DNA of 64,000 bases from an uncultured Nitrososphaerales archaeon (GTDB taxonomy: Archaea; Thermoproteota; Nitrososphaeria; Nitrososphaerales; Nitrososphaeraceae), in NCBI GenBank assembly GCA_963713605.1, contig CAVQMO010000015.1, positions 95,679 through 159,678 on the forward strand, given 5' to 3'. The translations under genes were made by a program, and so were the position numbers. Below are positions 1 to 11,451 of this stretch, piece after piece (positions within the stretch are counted from its first letter, which is position 1; each line of letters begins with the position of its first letter). The notes under the pieces were generated by a model. That model had not been told where the DNA came from and made no database searches. It saw only the letters and a list, made by a program, of their open reading frames with translations.

Positions 1-21
1 TCAAGAAATATTCTACTGGTT

Positions 22-411
22 ATGAACAAATCTAATTCAACTGACGCAGGTGTTGTTTCACACCTTGTCTATAGAGTACCCAAAAAGAATCATGAGGCAA
101 TGTTGCGAATCTGCAAAGAGGCCTATGATATGTTCAAGCAATACGGTATTCTCCACTATGACGCCTTCAAGCTTAGTAATACAGATGTACCAATGGAAGG
201 ATTTGCCAATATTGCAAGTGTCATTTCTGCTAATCAAGATGAGGAAGTTTGGATTGAGTCAATTTATTACAGAGATCGCCAACACATGAATGAAGTAATG
301 GCAAAGATGGAAAAGGACGAAAGAGCTGGCCAAATGATGAAACAATCAATGGATCTGCTGCCTCCGGGTGCCGAGTTCATCGTCGGTGACTTTGAACGTC
401 TGAGTGTCTAG
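22..411 (+). CDS. DUF1428 (YbaA-like) family protein
   Basis: 129-aa ORF with VYRVPKKNHEA...EEVW...Y.YRDRQHMNEV..KMEKDER pattern typical of DUF1428. Confidence 0.65.
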   Translation: MNKSNSTDAGVVSHLVYRVPKKNHEAMLRICKEAYDMFKQYGILHYDAFKLSNTDVPMEGFANIASVISANQDEEVWIESIYYRDRQHMNEVMAKMEKDERAGQMMKQSMDLLPPGAEFIVGDFERLSV

Positions 412-563
412 GTGGGACGTAGAGTATAGCTTTCGTGCTTTGTAGAAAATAATGTTTTTCGTAATTTCCGACCTAAATAGATCTTGCGTTATACGTTGCA
501 TCACTGTCATATTATTTGGGTCAGAATAATCGTGACAAGGAAGCTGGGAATTTATGGGGGTGA

Positions 564-1625
564 TTGATAGTGAGTACTACTCACTCTAGTATGTCATCTT
601 TGGATATAACTATTTCACATATTGCTACCTTATCTGTGGTATTATTTACTGTTGCTCTAATTGTTCCGCATATGGAGCAACAAAGTATAGCGCAGGAGCA
701 GCAACAGCCCCCATATAATCGAACTGCATTTAATACGGAAAATCCCATCAAAGATTTATCCTTTAGTATTAATGATGTTCCTAATTTATCCCATCATAAA
801 ACTGTTGTAAATGGAATTGAGCTTCACTATGTGATAGCTGGTGAAGAAAAAGGATATCCAGTAGTATTGCTACATGGATGGCCCCAAACTTGGTATGAAT
901 GGAGACACATAATTCCAGAATTAGTAGCTGAATAATTATACTGTAATTGCCCCAGATTCTGAGAGGCTTAGGGAATTCGGAAAAACCACAAACCGGATAC
1001 GACAAAAAAACTATTGCAGAGGATATCTATCAGTTAGTAAAGAAGTTAGGCTACGATAAAATATATCTAGTGGGTCATGATTGGGGAGGAGCTGTTGCAT
1101 ATTCATATGGCAGCTGAACATCCTGAAGATGTTATTAAAATGATTATACTTGATATCTTTTTACCAGGATTTGGATATGAAGAAGCAGGAAACTTTTCAC
1201 CAAATGGAATATGGCACCTTGCATTTCATGCAGTAAGAGATCTTCCAGAAAAATTAATTGAGGGAAAAGAAGATGTCTATCTTAACTGGTTTTATGATTG
1301 GACTTATAATCAATCTGCACTAACAACTGAGGCAAGAGAAGAATACATCAAACAATACTCAAAGCCTGGTGCATTACGTGCAGGTTTTGAATACTACAGA
1401 GCGGCTTTTGAAGATGCTCACCAGAATAAGGAATATGCTCAACAAAAACTAGATATGCCTATAATGACTATAGGTGGAGAAGCAGGTGTAGGTAATTTTA
1501 CTACAACTTCCTTTCAAATGGTTGCAAACAATGTTACGGGAATAACATTACCAAATACAGGACATTTTATCCCAGAAGAAAGACCAAACATTGTAATAAA
1601 CCTGATACTTGACTTTTTCAAATAA
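564..1625 (+). pseudogene. Secreted alpha/beta hydrolase (epoxide hydrolase-like), split by frameshifts near 935-960 and ~1080-1090
   Basis: HGWPQTWYEW motif in first ORF, GHD-W-G nucleophile region at ~1073-1090, GHFIPEE catalytic His in second ORF; N-terminal hydrophobic segment; breaks may be sequencing errors. Confidence 0.8.
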
Positions 1626-2213
1626 ACTTCTTTTCTTTAGATTTATACAATAGAATTTCATGGATATTATTGGGTTACTTTTACTCTCAAGTAGCGAGAT
1701 CTAGATTTTGAAGAAAGTATGAAAGACGTACTTGGTAGTCAGATATTAGAGGACTTCGACAGAGGAGAAGATGAAATTGATTAAGACGAAGGAAATAATG
1801 ATAAGAGATTTTGATTGTGGAGCAAATCTAGTATGTCAACTAAGTGGAGATTGGGAATGGGCAAAGGATCACTCCCTGATCCAACATTCCTTTCACTTTG
1901 AACCGTTTTTGTTAGTATTGTGCATTTCTTATTGGGCTTGAACCTAGGGTATGGCGGTCAATTCCTTGCTTGACGACCAATTCTTCATTTCGACCGCCTA
2001 TCCATTTACTTAAAGCTAACCAATGGTATGATTATTTTTGTTCATTTTAAATTCCTCGCTTTGTAATCTAATTCCTAAAAATGGTTGTGAATGGTTTGTC
2101 CTTCATAAGACAGCTACCTCTGTATTACTATTGATTTCTAGTATATATCGTCATACTCCAACAGTTAAAGAAGTCATTACTCAATCAAAAGCGTATTTAT
2201 GCTGACATGATTT

Positions 2214-2765
2214 TCATATCTTCTCTGCTAACTTGTGGCTGTTTACGAATTCTTCTAGTTTCTTTAATGTCTCAAGATGTAGATGATGCTCTATTCCCTC
2301 AGCGTCTTCATTAGCGATATCGTTTTGAACGCCAATCATTTTAAAAAAGTCTGAGAGGATTCCATGTCTCTTGTGCATGGCTTTGGCCACTTCTATTCCC
2401 TTTTCTGTGAGGCTCATTCCTCTGTATTTTTCGTATCTGAGGAATCCTTTCTCATCAAGCTTCTTCATCATACTTGTGACACTAGGCGAAGAAACATTGA
2501 GATAATCAGAAATATCAACGGTTGTTGCATAACCCTTCTGACGGACAAGTTCGTAGACTACTTCGAGATAGTCTTCCATTCTGTCTGTGCGGCTCCCTCT
2601 TACTATTCTATTGGCGTCACGAATGGATGCAAGCCTTTTGCCTGAAGCTTGGGTTCTCTGCAGTAACTGACTCTCATGATTGTCTATTGATTCGGTCTTT
2701 GAGAAATTTCCATCACCGTTTTGATCATTATCCATCAAAACATTGCCCCCATCACTATCATACAA
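2214..2765 (-). CDS. DtxR/MntR family metal-dependent transcriptional repressor
   Basis: MEDYLEVVYEL, wHTH VSSPSVTSMMKKL, RHGIL..FF, DAEGIEHHL metal-binding motifs. Confidence 0.92.
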   Translation of the reverse strand: MYDSDGGNVLMDNDQNGDGNFSKTESIDNHESQLLQRTQASGKRLASIRDANRIVRGSRTDRMEDYLEVVYELVRQKGYATTVDISDYLNVSSPSVTSMMKKLDEKGFLRYEKYRGMSLTEKGIEVAKAMHKRHGILSDFFKMIGVQNDIANEDAEGIEHHLHLETLKKLEEFVNSHKLAEKI

Positions 2766-4168
2766 GTAGGCCTGTAAGATACATTATCAAAAGGCCTGTA
2801 ATAAATCCAGCTATGACATGTCCTGATAAGAAAGATGATGATGTTCCGGATTTTTGGTGATGGGAAATCCAAGAAATTAATGAATATACTACCTGGAATA
2901 TTGCTCCAGCTCCCACTGACAAAAATATAACTGCTGCTATTGGAGAATAAAGAAAACCACCTATCCAGGTTCCGGCTATTGTTGGTACTCCTGCAATCAA
3001 TCCCATCATAACTAATCTTCTAATCATCATGCGCCTACTTCTTTCTATTTTTGCAATGGGGGCAACTATGGCCAATCCTTCAGTAGTGTTGTGCAGAGTA
3101 AAACCAACTATTAGAAACGTACTTAGTGCGACTTCGCCAAGAAGCATGGCAGCCCCTATTGCCAACCCTTCACCAAAATTGTGCAGCCCTATTCCAATTG
3201 CTATCATCATCGATATAGTCAGGGGTTTGAGTAGTTGCTGATACCTCTGCATTTGTATCTGTACTTCCTGGGTTGAGGAAGAAGATACCTTCGCAGATTT
3301 ACTGTAAATTTCGCCCTCCTGTTTTTCTATAATGGATTTCTCCGGTTTCTTTACTAGTTCTTTGACAGAAGAAGACGAAGCCAAAGAATGACTATTCTTA
3401 TTCAATACAGCCCTTTCTATGGCTCTTTGCGTTAGTCGCTCAGAAGTATAAAGTAAGATAACAAATGAGGAGATTGTTACCAGTACACTTAACGCCTGAC
3501 CATTGAATACAGCGGCCAAATTCTGATTGACAATTTCGTTGACTTCTAGCAGAGCATCAATACCCAGAAACACAAGTAATCCTGCAGTAAGACTGAGGAA
3601 AAAGCTGTACTTACCCACACTTATTCTACGTATATATGGATACCACATAAGACCGATCATTACTGGAATCACGCCAACATATACACCCAAGGATGTAAAT
3701 AGTAGTGCCTGATTTGCATCGGGACTCGGTGCCAGGGCAGCTGCTTCTACGCTTTTGCTAAACCTGGTTCCATCAGAGGTGGTTATGCCAATTTCATATG
3801 GTGTACCAGGGATCCAAGGAAATGGAATCATCGCTGTGGCTTCACCAAGCCTCGGGATCTTACTACTTGGTTCTATTGCAGCAGGCTGGATTCGGTCATT
3901 GACATCGGCCTGTGATACAACTACTTCCAAAGGACCGGTGTTACGTATAGATGCTAATATCTGATTATCATGAAATTCGATCTTCTCAATAGTAACCTGT
4001 GGTAGTGGGATTCCTGTATTTATTAGGGACTGCCCGTACGGACTAAGTAAGAATATAATCATCCCTCCCAGGTACTACGATCGGGATAAATGCTAGAATC
4101 ATAGGGGCTTTCTGGGAAATGCGTTTGCCAGCCTTGGCATTTTTATCCTCACTTAACAATTTCGGCAA
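2758..4168 (-). CDS. ZIP family divalent metal transporter with N-terminal extracellular domain; apparent 1-nt frameshift at ~4071, start approximate
   Basis: GLHNFGEGLAIG and LHNTTEG ZIP signatures; upstream frame continues ...KAPMILAFIPIVV/LGGMIIFLL. Confidence 0.88.
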
Positions 4169-4203
4169 CCACTCCCAATCATACTAGTTGCGTAACTTGA
4201 CAA

Positions 4204-5385
4204 TTACAATCGACCCCCATCAATTTCTGGCGCTCTAGTGACAAAAGAGTTATTGAGGGTATCATAGAAGGGACTATTGTCTATCCGACTTGAGTTCTGA
4301 GTTGCGCTCTTGTCATTTACAAAGAATGTACCCATCCAACCCTTCTCTGCAAACTCTGTTTTATGTGCATGAAACATATACTTTCCTGGATATTTGTATT
4401 CGAACTCCATTATTCCTCTTTCACCTTGATTCAAACTAACGATATCGGTCAATTCGTCAGGTTGAAGATTTGTTCCGCTTGGATAGTAATTGAACATGTT
4501 TGCATGTAGGTGAAGATTGTTAAGTGGGTCAAATTCCAGCATATTTACCAGATATATTCTTACTGGCTTATCCTTTTCAATCTGTATTGGATGGTGCATG
4601 TAATAATATGGTATTCCATTCACAGTGTAGAAATTATTCTCAGTATCAAAATCAGTATCGTATCCATTCATAACCATGACCATTTCGTCTGCAGGGGGTC
4701 GAGGTGTTTTGGGATCAACTATATAGACCCCATAAAGGCCATGAGCAATATGTTCTTCTAATGGTGTCATATGACAATGATACGGAAAAACACCGAAAGG
4801 TTCTGCAACAAATTCGTACATGAATTTTCCCCCTGGCGAGATCATTTCGAAAACTCCATCCATTTCAGCAGGATGAATACCATGAGTATGAAGAGAGTGG
4901 GGCATTGATCCGTTGTTAACAAAGTTTATTCTTACAATATCTCCTTCAGTAGCCCTAATCGTGGGACCTGGAACTGTCCCGTTAAATGTCCATACGTTGT
5001 AAAATACGCCAGGAGACACTTCTTTGACTAATTGGTCTGATGCTACTAGTGTGAATTCTCTCAACGTTGTGCCGTTAGGAAGCGTTGATACTCTACCATA
5101 ATTGAACTCACGGAGGTATTTATCTGGATCAACTACTGAATTCCGAGAATCAACCACTTGTTCAATTGGATCTATGATTGTCCCTGAAGTGTCCCCGATA
5201 GGATAGCCAGGTACGTGGCCACCTATTGAGGAGGCTGAACTGTTCGTTCTAGTGATGACTGTATCGCTGCTGCCACTCGAACTATTCAATATGAAATCTT
5301 TATACACGCTTGAAATTACACCTATAACGACAATTGAGCTCCCAATAACGGATAGAAGTCCAATTAATTGTAAATGCCTGGACAC
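4204..5385 (-). CDS. Two-domain multicopper oxidase, membrane-anchored, type 1 Cu in domain 1
   Basis: HSLHTHG, YHCH-x6-HIAHGL in domain 1; HLHAN and FHAH without Cys in domain 2; N-terminal hydrophobic helix. Confidence 0.9.
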   Translation of the reverse strand: MSRHLQLIGLLSVIGSSIVVIGVISSVYKDFILNSSSGSSDTVITRTNSSASSIGGHVPGYPIGDTSGTIIDPIEQVVDSRNSVVDPDKYLREFNYGRVSTLPNGTTLREFTLVASDQLVKEVSPGVFYNVWTFNGTVPGPTIRATEGDIVRINFVNNGSMPHSLHTHGIHPAEMDGVFEMISPGGKFMYEFVAEPFGVFPYHCHMTPLEEHIAHGLYGVYIVDPKTPRPPADEMVMVMNGYDTDFDTENNFYTVNGIPYYYMHHPIQIEKDKPVRIYLVNMLEFDPLNNLHLHANMFNYYPSGTNLQPDELTDIVSLNQGERGIMEFEYKYPGKYMFHAHKTEFAEKGWMGTFFVNDKSATQNSSRIDNSPFYDTLNNSFVTRAPEIDGGRL

Positions 5386-5393
5386 ATTAATAT

Positions 5394-5433
5394 ATTTATT
5401 AGATGCCTTAATAAATGTTAGCAGTATCTAACA
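5394..5433. promoter_or_regulatory. Two adjacent palindromes overlapping the TATA region of the MCO-ZIP-DtxR operon; candidate DtxR-family operator
   Basis: ATTTATTA-N7-TAATAAAT (5394-5416) and TGTTAG-N6-CTAACA (5416-5433), 9-48 nt upstream of the GTG start at 5385. Confidence 0.5.
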
Positions 5434-5879
5434 CAGATAAAAAGGCACATAATTGTTGTGTTATGTCACAAAGATACAAGATATAATGAAATTTAACGGT
5501 CATATAATGTGTGCTGAATTGAATGAAAAGAACGTGACGACCATCTGTCTGTACCTGTCTGTACTGATCTAACTGATCTATTGCGCGGTTTGCCATTGGT
5601 AATTGAAATTGATCCCAAATTCTTTTCTACTTGGGATTTCGCTAAAATGCAATAATCATTGCACTTGAATTACTGAGTCTTTAATACACAAACACGATAA
5701 TTAATCTAGCGCGCCAGCGAATCTGAAGAAAGGACATAATAATATTCAAAAATATTCCTTTACTTAATAGGTAGAATTGATATTTACATTCTAAAAATAC
5801 AAATAGACACTAGAAGTAAACAAGACTGCCCCAGATTCTTATATAGGAATAAACTACAGGGGTTGTTAGAAGATATACC

Positions 5880-6620
5880 TTGCAGAAAAATTTGTTAATT
5901 GTGGGAGTTGGACCTGGTTCCAGACAATATTTAACTTGCGTTGCTATTGACGCTATCAAGAAGTCCAAGTATATAATCGGATACAAATACACATTGGACA
6001 CCGTAGAGAGTTTAATCGATAAGACTAGACAGGAGGTTTATCATATAACGATGCAGAATCAAGAATCGATATATCAAGATGTTTACAATAAAATGAAAGA
6101 TGGAGAATATTGTGCTGTACCTTTTACTGGAGATGCCAACTTTTCTGAATCAGAAGTTGTTGATCGATTACTGGAGATTTTTGGAGATAAAACTGTTGAG
6201 ATCATTCCTGGAATAAGCTCTATCCAAGTTGCTTCTTCTAAATCCAAGATACCGTTAGATAAATCATATGTACTTTCGTTTCATGTTTCTGGCGATATAG
6301 AAGAAAAGAAGAAAGAATTGATCAATGCAATAACGGATAAGAAAAGTGTGATTTTGCTTCCTCGTCCTTGGCCTAATGATCTTTCAAAGAATTTCATGCA
6401 ATCAGACATTGTCAAATTCCTTAAACTTAATGGAGTAGATACTTCCACTCTGAAAGTATGGGTTTTTGAATACCTTACCAAATACAGTAAAGAAACTATT
6501 TTCAGGGGAAAAGCAAGCGATCTAGAAGAAATGAGCTTCAATCCCTTATCGGTAATGGTAATAGATCAAAATAAGAGACATACGTACAGAGATTTTGATT
6601 CACCAGAAAAAGATAACTAG
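5880..6620 (+). CDS. cbiE: Precorrin-6Y C5,15-methyltransferase subunit CbiE (cobalamin synthesis)
   Basis: IVGVGPGS..YLT, FTGDANFS, IIPGISSIQVA tetrapyrrole methylase motifs; VFEYLT..E..F.G. Confidence 0.82.
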   Translation: MQKNLLIVGVGPGSRQYLTCVAIDAIKKSKYIIGYKYTLDTVESLIDKTRQEVYHITMQNQESIYQDVYNKMKDGEYCAVPFTGDANFSESEVVDRLLEIFGDKTVEIIPGISSIQVASSKSKIPLDKSYVLSFHVSGDIEEKKKELINAITDKKSVILLPRPWPNDLSKNFMQSDIVKFLKLNGVDTSTLKVWVFEYLTKYSKETIFRGKASDLEEMSFNPLSVMVIDQNKRHTYRDFDSPEKDN

Positions 6621-6638
6621 AATGGTTCTTGATAACAG

Positions 6639-8306
6639 TTGAAAAAATTGACTGACCATAGTAAAAATAAAAAGCCATTCTATGATATCTTCACAGAGGA
6701 AGAAAGAACTGTACTTCAATCGCATTTTTCAAACACTGACAAGAACATTTTCGCCATTATTACACCTAAACAAGTTGATAGAGGAGCATTAATGTCTAGA
6801 TACTCTAGAACAGATAAGACTATGAGACGAGTATTTTTGGACGAATTCATTTGTAATCCTAATCGAGGTAAAGAATTTTATGATAGAGTATTGTTAGAAT
6901 ATGGAGATGATTCAGTAGCAGAATTAGGGGAAGCTCAAATTGCAATAGAGTGGATTTCAAATATTGCGGCCAAGAAACTTGAGGACCGCAGGATTGGGTT
7001 ATCTTACCTAGAGAAATCGTCTCGATATGTAGCATTGGATCAAAAGATTAGGGGTAAGTACAAATATTATCGTGAGGAGCTTATTATGTCTTCCAAATTC
7101 TCTGACAAATATATTCAGGCATGCGACCATGCCTTTGATCTATATTCTAAGAATATCAGTTCAATGCAGAAATATCTTGAAGAGATTGAACCTATTGAAA
7201 AATTCTACTTCTTTGATTCCAATACAAAACGCGATATATCGTACAGCAATCTGAGAGAGTCTAAAGATATAGAGTCGGCCAATAGAATCTATCGATTAAC
7301 CATTAAAGCCAAGTCCTTGGACATATTACGAGGCATTTTGCCAGCGTCAACACTCACTAATATTGGTATCACTGGTAATGGCAGGGCATTTGAATACCTA
7401 TTATCTATGATGTTCGCATCAGACTTGAGCGAATTAAGGAATTTAGCAAGTCAACTACATGACGAGCTTGACAAGATTATTCCTTCATTCGTAAGACGAG
7501 CAAATGATGAAAAATATGGCAAACTATTACAAGAATACTTCATAAGTACGAGAAACGCTATAACCAAACTCTCCGAACTCCATTTAAAGAATATCCAAGT
7601 AAATAGGAATCCTGAGACTATTAATTTACTCGAATTTCCCGATAATTTTGAAGGTGAAGTCAAAGTCGCAGCAGCCATATTATATGAATTTGCTAAAGGG
7701 CAGTCATTGGAGAGCATCATCAAATATGTACGATCTCTCAAAAATAACGAGCGCATAAGTATAATACGAATGTATACAAAATTTCGGTCCAATAGAAGGC
7801 ATAGACCAGGTAGAGCATTCGAGATGGTTGATTATACATTTGAACTGCTTACTAATTTTGGTATGTTTCGTGACTTGCATAGGCATAGACTTCTTACGAT
7901 TGAAAGACAATTGCTTTCTACTAAACACGGTTATGATATACCACAGGAGATTGTAGATTTAGGGATCCCTAAGGAATTTAAAGATTGTATGTATGAATGT
8001 AACGACGTTTATGAGATACTATCTAATCAGATGCCAGAACAAGCGCAATATGTAGTAAATTTTGCATTTAGATACCCATATTTTCTGAAAATCAACCTAC
8101 GTGAAGCATGTCACATGATCGAACTTAGAACCTTGCCCCAAGGACACGCAGACTATCGAAGTGTATGCCAACGGCTCTTTAAATACATAGAAGAAAAAAA
8201 TCCTATTCTTGCAGAAGGAATAAAATTTGTGGATCTTACTACATATGGATTAGAACGGTTTACCACGGAGAAGAAAACAGAAAAAAAGATACAAGAGAAA
8301 ACCTAG
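6639..8306 (+). CDS. thyX: FAD-dependent thymidylate synthase, tandem two-domain form
   Basis: [42 protein letters not shown]hyX motifs in two halves. Confidence 0.92.
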   Translation: MKKLTDHSKNKKPFYDIFTEEERTVLQSHFSNTDKNIFAIITPKQVDRGALMSRYSRTDKTMRRVFLDEFICNPNRGKEFYDRVLLEYGDDSVAELGEAQIAIEWISNIAAKKLEDRRIGLSYLEKSSRYVALDQKIRGKYKYYREELIMSSKFSDKYIQACDHAFDLYSKNISSMQKYLEEIEPIEKFYFFDSNTKRDISYSNLRESKDIESANRIYRLTIKAKSLDILRGILPASTLTNIGITGNGRAFEYLLSMMFASDLSELRNLASQLHDELDKIIPSFVRRANDEKYGKLLQEYFISTRNAITKLSELHLKNIQVNRNPETINLLEFPDNFEGEVKVAAAILYEFAKGQSLESIIKYVRSLKNNERISIIRMYTKFRSNRRHRPGRAFEMVDYTFELLTNFGMFRDLHRHRLLTIERQLLSTKHGYDIPQEIVDLGIPKEFKDCMYECNDVYEILSNQMPEQAQYVVNFAFRYPYFLKINLREACHMIELRTLPQGHADYRSVCQRLFKYIEEKNPILAEGIKFVDLTTYGLERFTTEKKTEKKIQEKT

Positions 8307-9063
8307 GGATCTTCTTTTACTGGCAGTCAATACTAATTACTAAAATTCGTAATATTACGAATATCTCCTTCAAATTAGTAAAGCATTTAAGAAAGAATGT
8401 TTTGGAATATCTTCAGAGTAGGGATAGGGCTATTCTCTAACCCTTTGACAGGGTATAAGATCTCTTATGATAATTAAGCACATATATATAATGTGTGATT
8501 TTGGAATATAATATGGTGTGGAGAGACAGGAGCCGTTTTGTTCTTTTGTGCCATGATTTATTTTGCCTGTAAGATAACTAAGTTCCGGAATACCTTTTAT
8601 GCAATTGCTTAGACTCTCTCTGAGTTGTAACAACCGATAACTTAATGGGACAACTGCTTGACTTAGGTATGGCGACCTGCTTACTGAGTCCACTTGGTCA
8701 TCAGACCTATTCTTACTTGTATTCGTCGTATTGATACTAACTATGTTTAAGAACATATTTCGTGTAATATTCAGCATATACTAGAATAAATCCTTAGGAG
8801 TTGTAGATATGAGCGATCACGATCACTTTGATTCATCTAGTCAACCTGGAAATATTCTTCAATTCGTGTCCTTATTTTTGAGTTAGTTCAGATTAAAATT
8901 GTTTTAGGTCGGAATTAAAGCAGTCACTTTATTTCAAAATTTGAATCATATACCAACCGGATAACTATTTGGATCCTCAAGTTCAATATATCATAAACAG
9001 GCTCATGACTTACGTAGCATTTAGCTAAGATTATAACAAGCATATTTCATTCGTATTCTTGAG

Positions 9064-9195
9064 ATGAAATCTAAAACAGAATATCTAACCTTTAATACTC
9101 CAACAAGACGTGCGTATGTTAATATTACTTCCAATTTGAGAAAAATAGTCGAAGAAAGCGGAATAAAGGAAGGACCTTGTTTGGTAAATGGCTAG
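9064..9195 (+). pseudogene. yjbQ: 5' half of host yjbQ (UPF0047) interrupted by an integrated element
   Basis: Translates [42 protein letters not shown] then G-stop; homology to 9456-9875 ends at TTTGGTAAATG. Confidence 0.9.
9180..9190 (+). repeat. attL core TTTGGTAAATG
   Basis: Identical to 50244-50254; coincides with the yjbQ breakpoint. Confidence 0.85.
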
Positions 9196-9455
9196 TTATG
9201 CATCGCTTTACTTGTTTTCCAGCACAAGCAAGTTATCATGACACCAGTTAAAAACAATAGCTCAAGGGCAGGAGTTCAATCCTCTAACTGCGAGGCGTTA
9301 AAAATTAAGATTTATCTCTTGTAATAAATTATGTGCTCAAACGGAGACACAGCATTCATCATGTTAAAAGCAAATTTGTGATTAAATAAGAGATAAATTG
9401 ATTTGAATAAAATTAGGCTAAGATTATAACAGACCTTATCATTGACTTAGACATA

Positions 9456-9875
9456 ATGAAATCCAAAACAGAATATCTAACCTTTAATACTCCTACAAGA
9501 CGCGCATTTGTCAACATCACTCCGAATGTAAGGAGAATAGTTGAAGAAAGTGGAACAAAGGAAGGTTTTTGTTTGGTAGCTGCTATGCATATTACAGCTA
9601 GTGTTTTTATTAATGATAACGAAAGCGGACTGCATCAAGATTTTGATAAATGGTTAGAAAAATTGGCACCCCATGATCCGACAGATCAGTATGAACACAA
9701 TGAAACAGGGGAAGATAACGCTGATGCACACTTAAAACGACAGATAATGGGTCGAGAAGTTGTAGTTGCGATTACAAATGGAAAACTAGATTTTGGCCCG
9801 TGGGAACAAATATTTTACGGAGAATTTGACGGCAGGAGAAATAAAAGAGTGATAGTGAAGGTAATTGGTGAGTAG
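9456..9875 (+). CDS. yjbQ: YjbQ / UPF0047 secondary thiamine-phosphate synthase family protein, element-borne full copy
   Basis: [32 protein letters not shown] motifs; upstream GCTAAGATTATAACA (9417-9431) also precedes the 5' fragment (9024-9038). Confidence 0.93.
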   Translation: MKSKTEYLTFNTPTRRAFVNITPNVRRIVEESGTKEGFCLVAAMHITASVFINDNESGLHQDFDKWLEKLAPHDPTDQYEHNETGEDNADAHLKRQIMGREVVVAITNGKLDFGPWEQIFYGEFDGRRNKRVIVKVIGE

Positions 9876-10139
9876 AAAACCTAGGACAGACCTTCAGATA
9901 TCTAAGAGTACTGAGTAAACCTAGGTTTGCTTGTCTTGACTGACTTCAAGCCTAGCCTTTCTACTAAATCATCAAGAAATATTGTCGATGTTTGCAGTTA
10001 TTTGGCGAGAGAGAAGATGATCTAAAGCCAGTCAGACATTGACGAAGAAGGGTAGGAGTTATTGGGCCTATGTTGATAGACGAGCTGATTCAACAAAGAA
10101 CAAGAGGAGAGAGTCCCAACAGGTACTTCTATGCTACTA

Positions 10140-10457
10140 CTAATGATTATTGTTTCTCTTCCTTTTTAGTTCTACCAACACTTCATCAAGATATCGTTTG
10201 ATGTCATCATCATCGATCGACGTCCTTATCCCCGTTTTGTCCTCCATGTAGTCCTTCGTCTTTTTGGAGAATCTTAATACCCTCCTCTGTATTTCTTGTT
10301 CCATTTCAGCGGTTCCGATAGCATCCAGAAATTGTTGTGATTCTTTGAATGCTACTTGTCTGATAGTTCGACGCAATCGGGCGTCTTCAGACACAGATAA
10401 TGCAGAGGAATAGATACCCAGATAAAGCAAGTATGATGCTAATCCTACGAAGCACAC
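10140..10457 (-). pseudogene. C-terminal fragment of a multicopy Nitrososphaera membrane protein family
   Basis: Begins abruptly in a TM helix; GIYSSA.SVS.D..LR..I, IGTAEMEQEI, D.K.YL.EVL pattern recalled from this family. Confidence 0.5.
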
Positions 10458-10654
10458 AGTGACAAGACCGAATGGGGGGTTGAAGCATTGAAATTCATTT
10501 CTCCAACCTCAGTCATTTGATATAATCCACGAGTATGATTATATTCAATCCAGTCCATGTCTATGAGAAATTCCACAATACCATTGATAAACCGGTTGTC
10601 ATTATCGAACTCTTCTACTAAACCTTCAACACTTCGACCGTCAACAAGTTTCAC
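10445..10654 (-). CDS. Small winged-helix-like hypothetical protein
   Basis: ...FINGIVEFLIDMDWIEY...YQMTEVG resembles a wHTH wing; similar in plan to 49453-49698. Confidence 0.4.
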   Translation of the reverse strand: MKLVDGRSVEGLVEEFDNDNRFINGIVEFLIDMDWIEYNHTRGLYQMTEVGEMNFNASTPHSVLSLCAS

Positions 10655-11185
10655 TAAAACATGCTTTGCTAATTCTAAAGCAATTGAAGTATTGATCCGA
10701 GTATTATATTCATCTATTGCCTATCATCTTGCCCACCATTGTTATGGTATACAATTCCATCGGATTTAATTATATGATTATTAGTAACACTTAAGACTGC
10801 TGGTGTAAGATTTCAACTAATATCCAATTTACGACATTAATTATAGCATATTGACTCCCATGGTTCATGATAACATGTAAATGGTCATAATCTTAACTTT
10901 TTACTGTCAAAAGACAGTGGTTGATGGGCGGGGCTACCAACTTGATCGCTCATGGGTTGAGATTGGACATTGCCATTTAATAATAAGAAATATTGAATAA
11001 AAGTATTATAAGTGTCGCCAGACCTGGGTTAGACGATAAAATTGTTTTTAAAAAATTTGTTGTAAAAAATGGCAGCAGACTAATACTTGCTGCCGCCAAC
11101 TTTATCGAGGTAATGTACGTTAAAGAGATTCTATTGTCGATGAACTAGATAATATTTATTTATGATAATAATGTCTTGCTCAAAG

Positions 11186-11317
11186 CTAACCATCGGCAAA
11201 ACCAGCATTACGCAATTTTTTGTCTTCTCTTTCGGCACTTCGATGTTCATCAAGAGCTTCAATAGTACTGAAAATGGCGCCACATTCTTCGCATGTCAAA
11301 GGCTCACTCGAACCCAT
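11186..11317 (-). CDS. 43-aa C2H2-like zinc-finger microprotein (not in ORF track)
   Basis: MGSSEPLTCEECGAIFSTIEALDEHRSAEREDKKLRNAGFADG; TTTAAATA box ~25 nt upstream. Confidence 0.7.
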   Translation of the reverse strand: MGSSEPLTCEECGAIFSTIEALDEHRSAEREDKKLRNAGFADG

Positions 11318-11451
11318 ATTCCACTTTTTCAAACATAATATTTAAACACTGACAATCTATTTGCTCAGTTCTTATTGGTCGAAGCAAGCATATGTTTGAT
11401 TATAATTATGATCATTTAGATCTTAAAAAAAGAAAAATAGGGTGGTTTGAG

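Noticed and set aside
4204..5385. Calling the multicopper protein nirK
   Set aside because: HxH motifs in both domains fit a two-domain oxidase with a trinuclear site, and the ZIP/DtxR context points to metal handling.
8430..8777. 115-aa minus-strand ORF between thyX and yjbQ
   Set aside because: No recognisable motif or convincing composition; left uncalled.
9257..9286. tRNA-like words TAGCTCAA and GAGTTCAATCCTC near attL
   Set aside because: No room for an anticodon arm and no acceptor stem; cannot fold as a tRNA.
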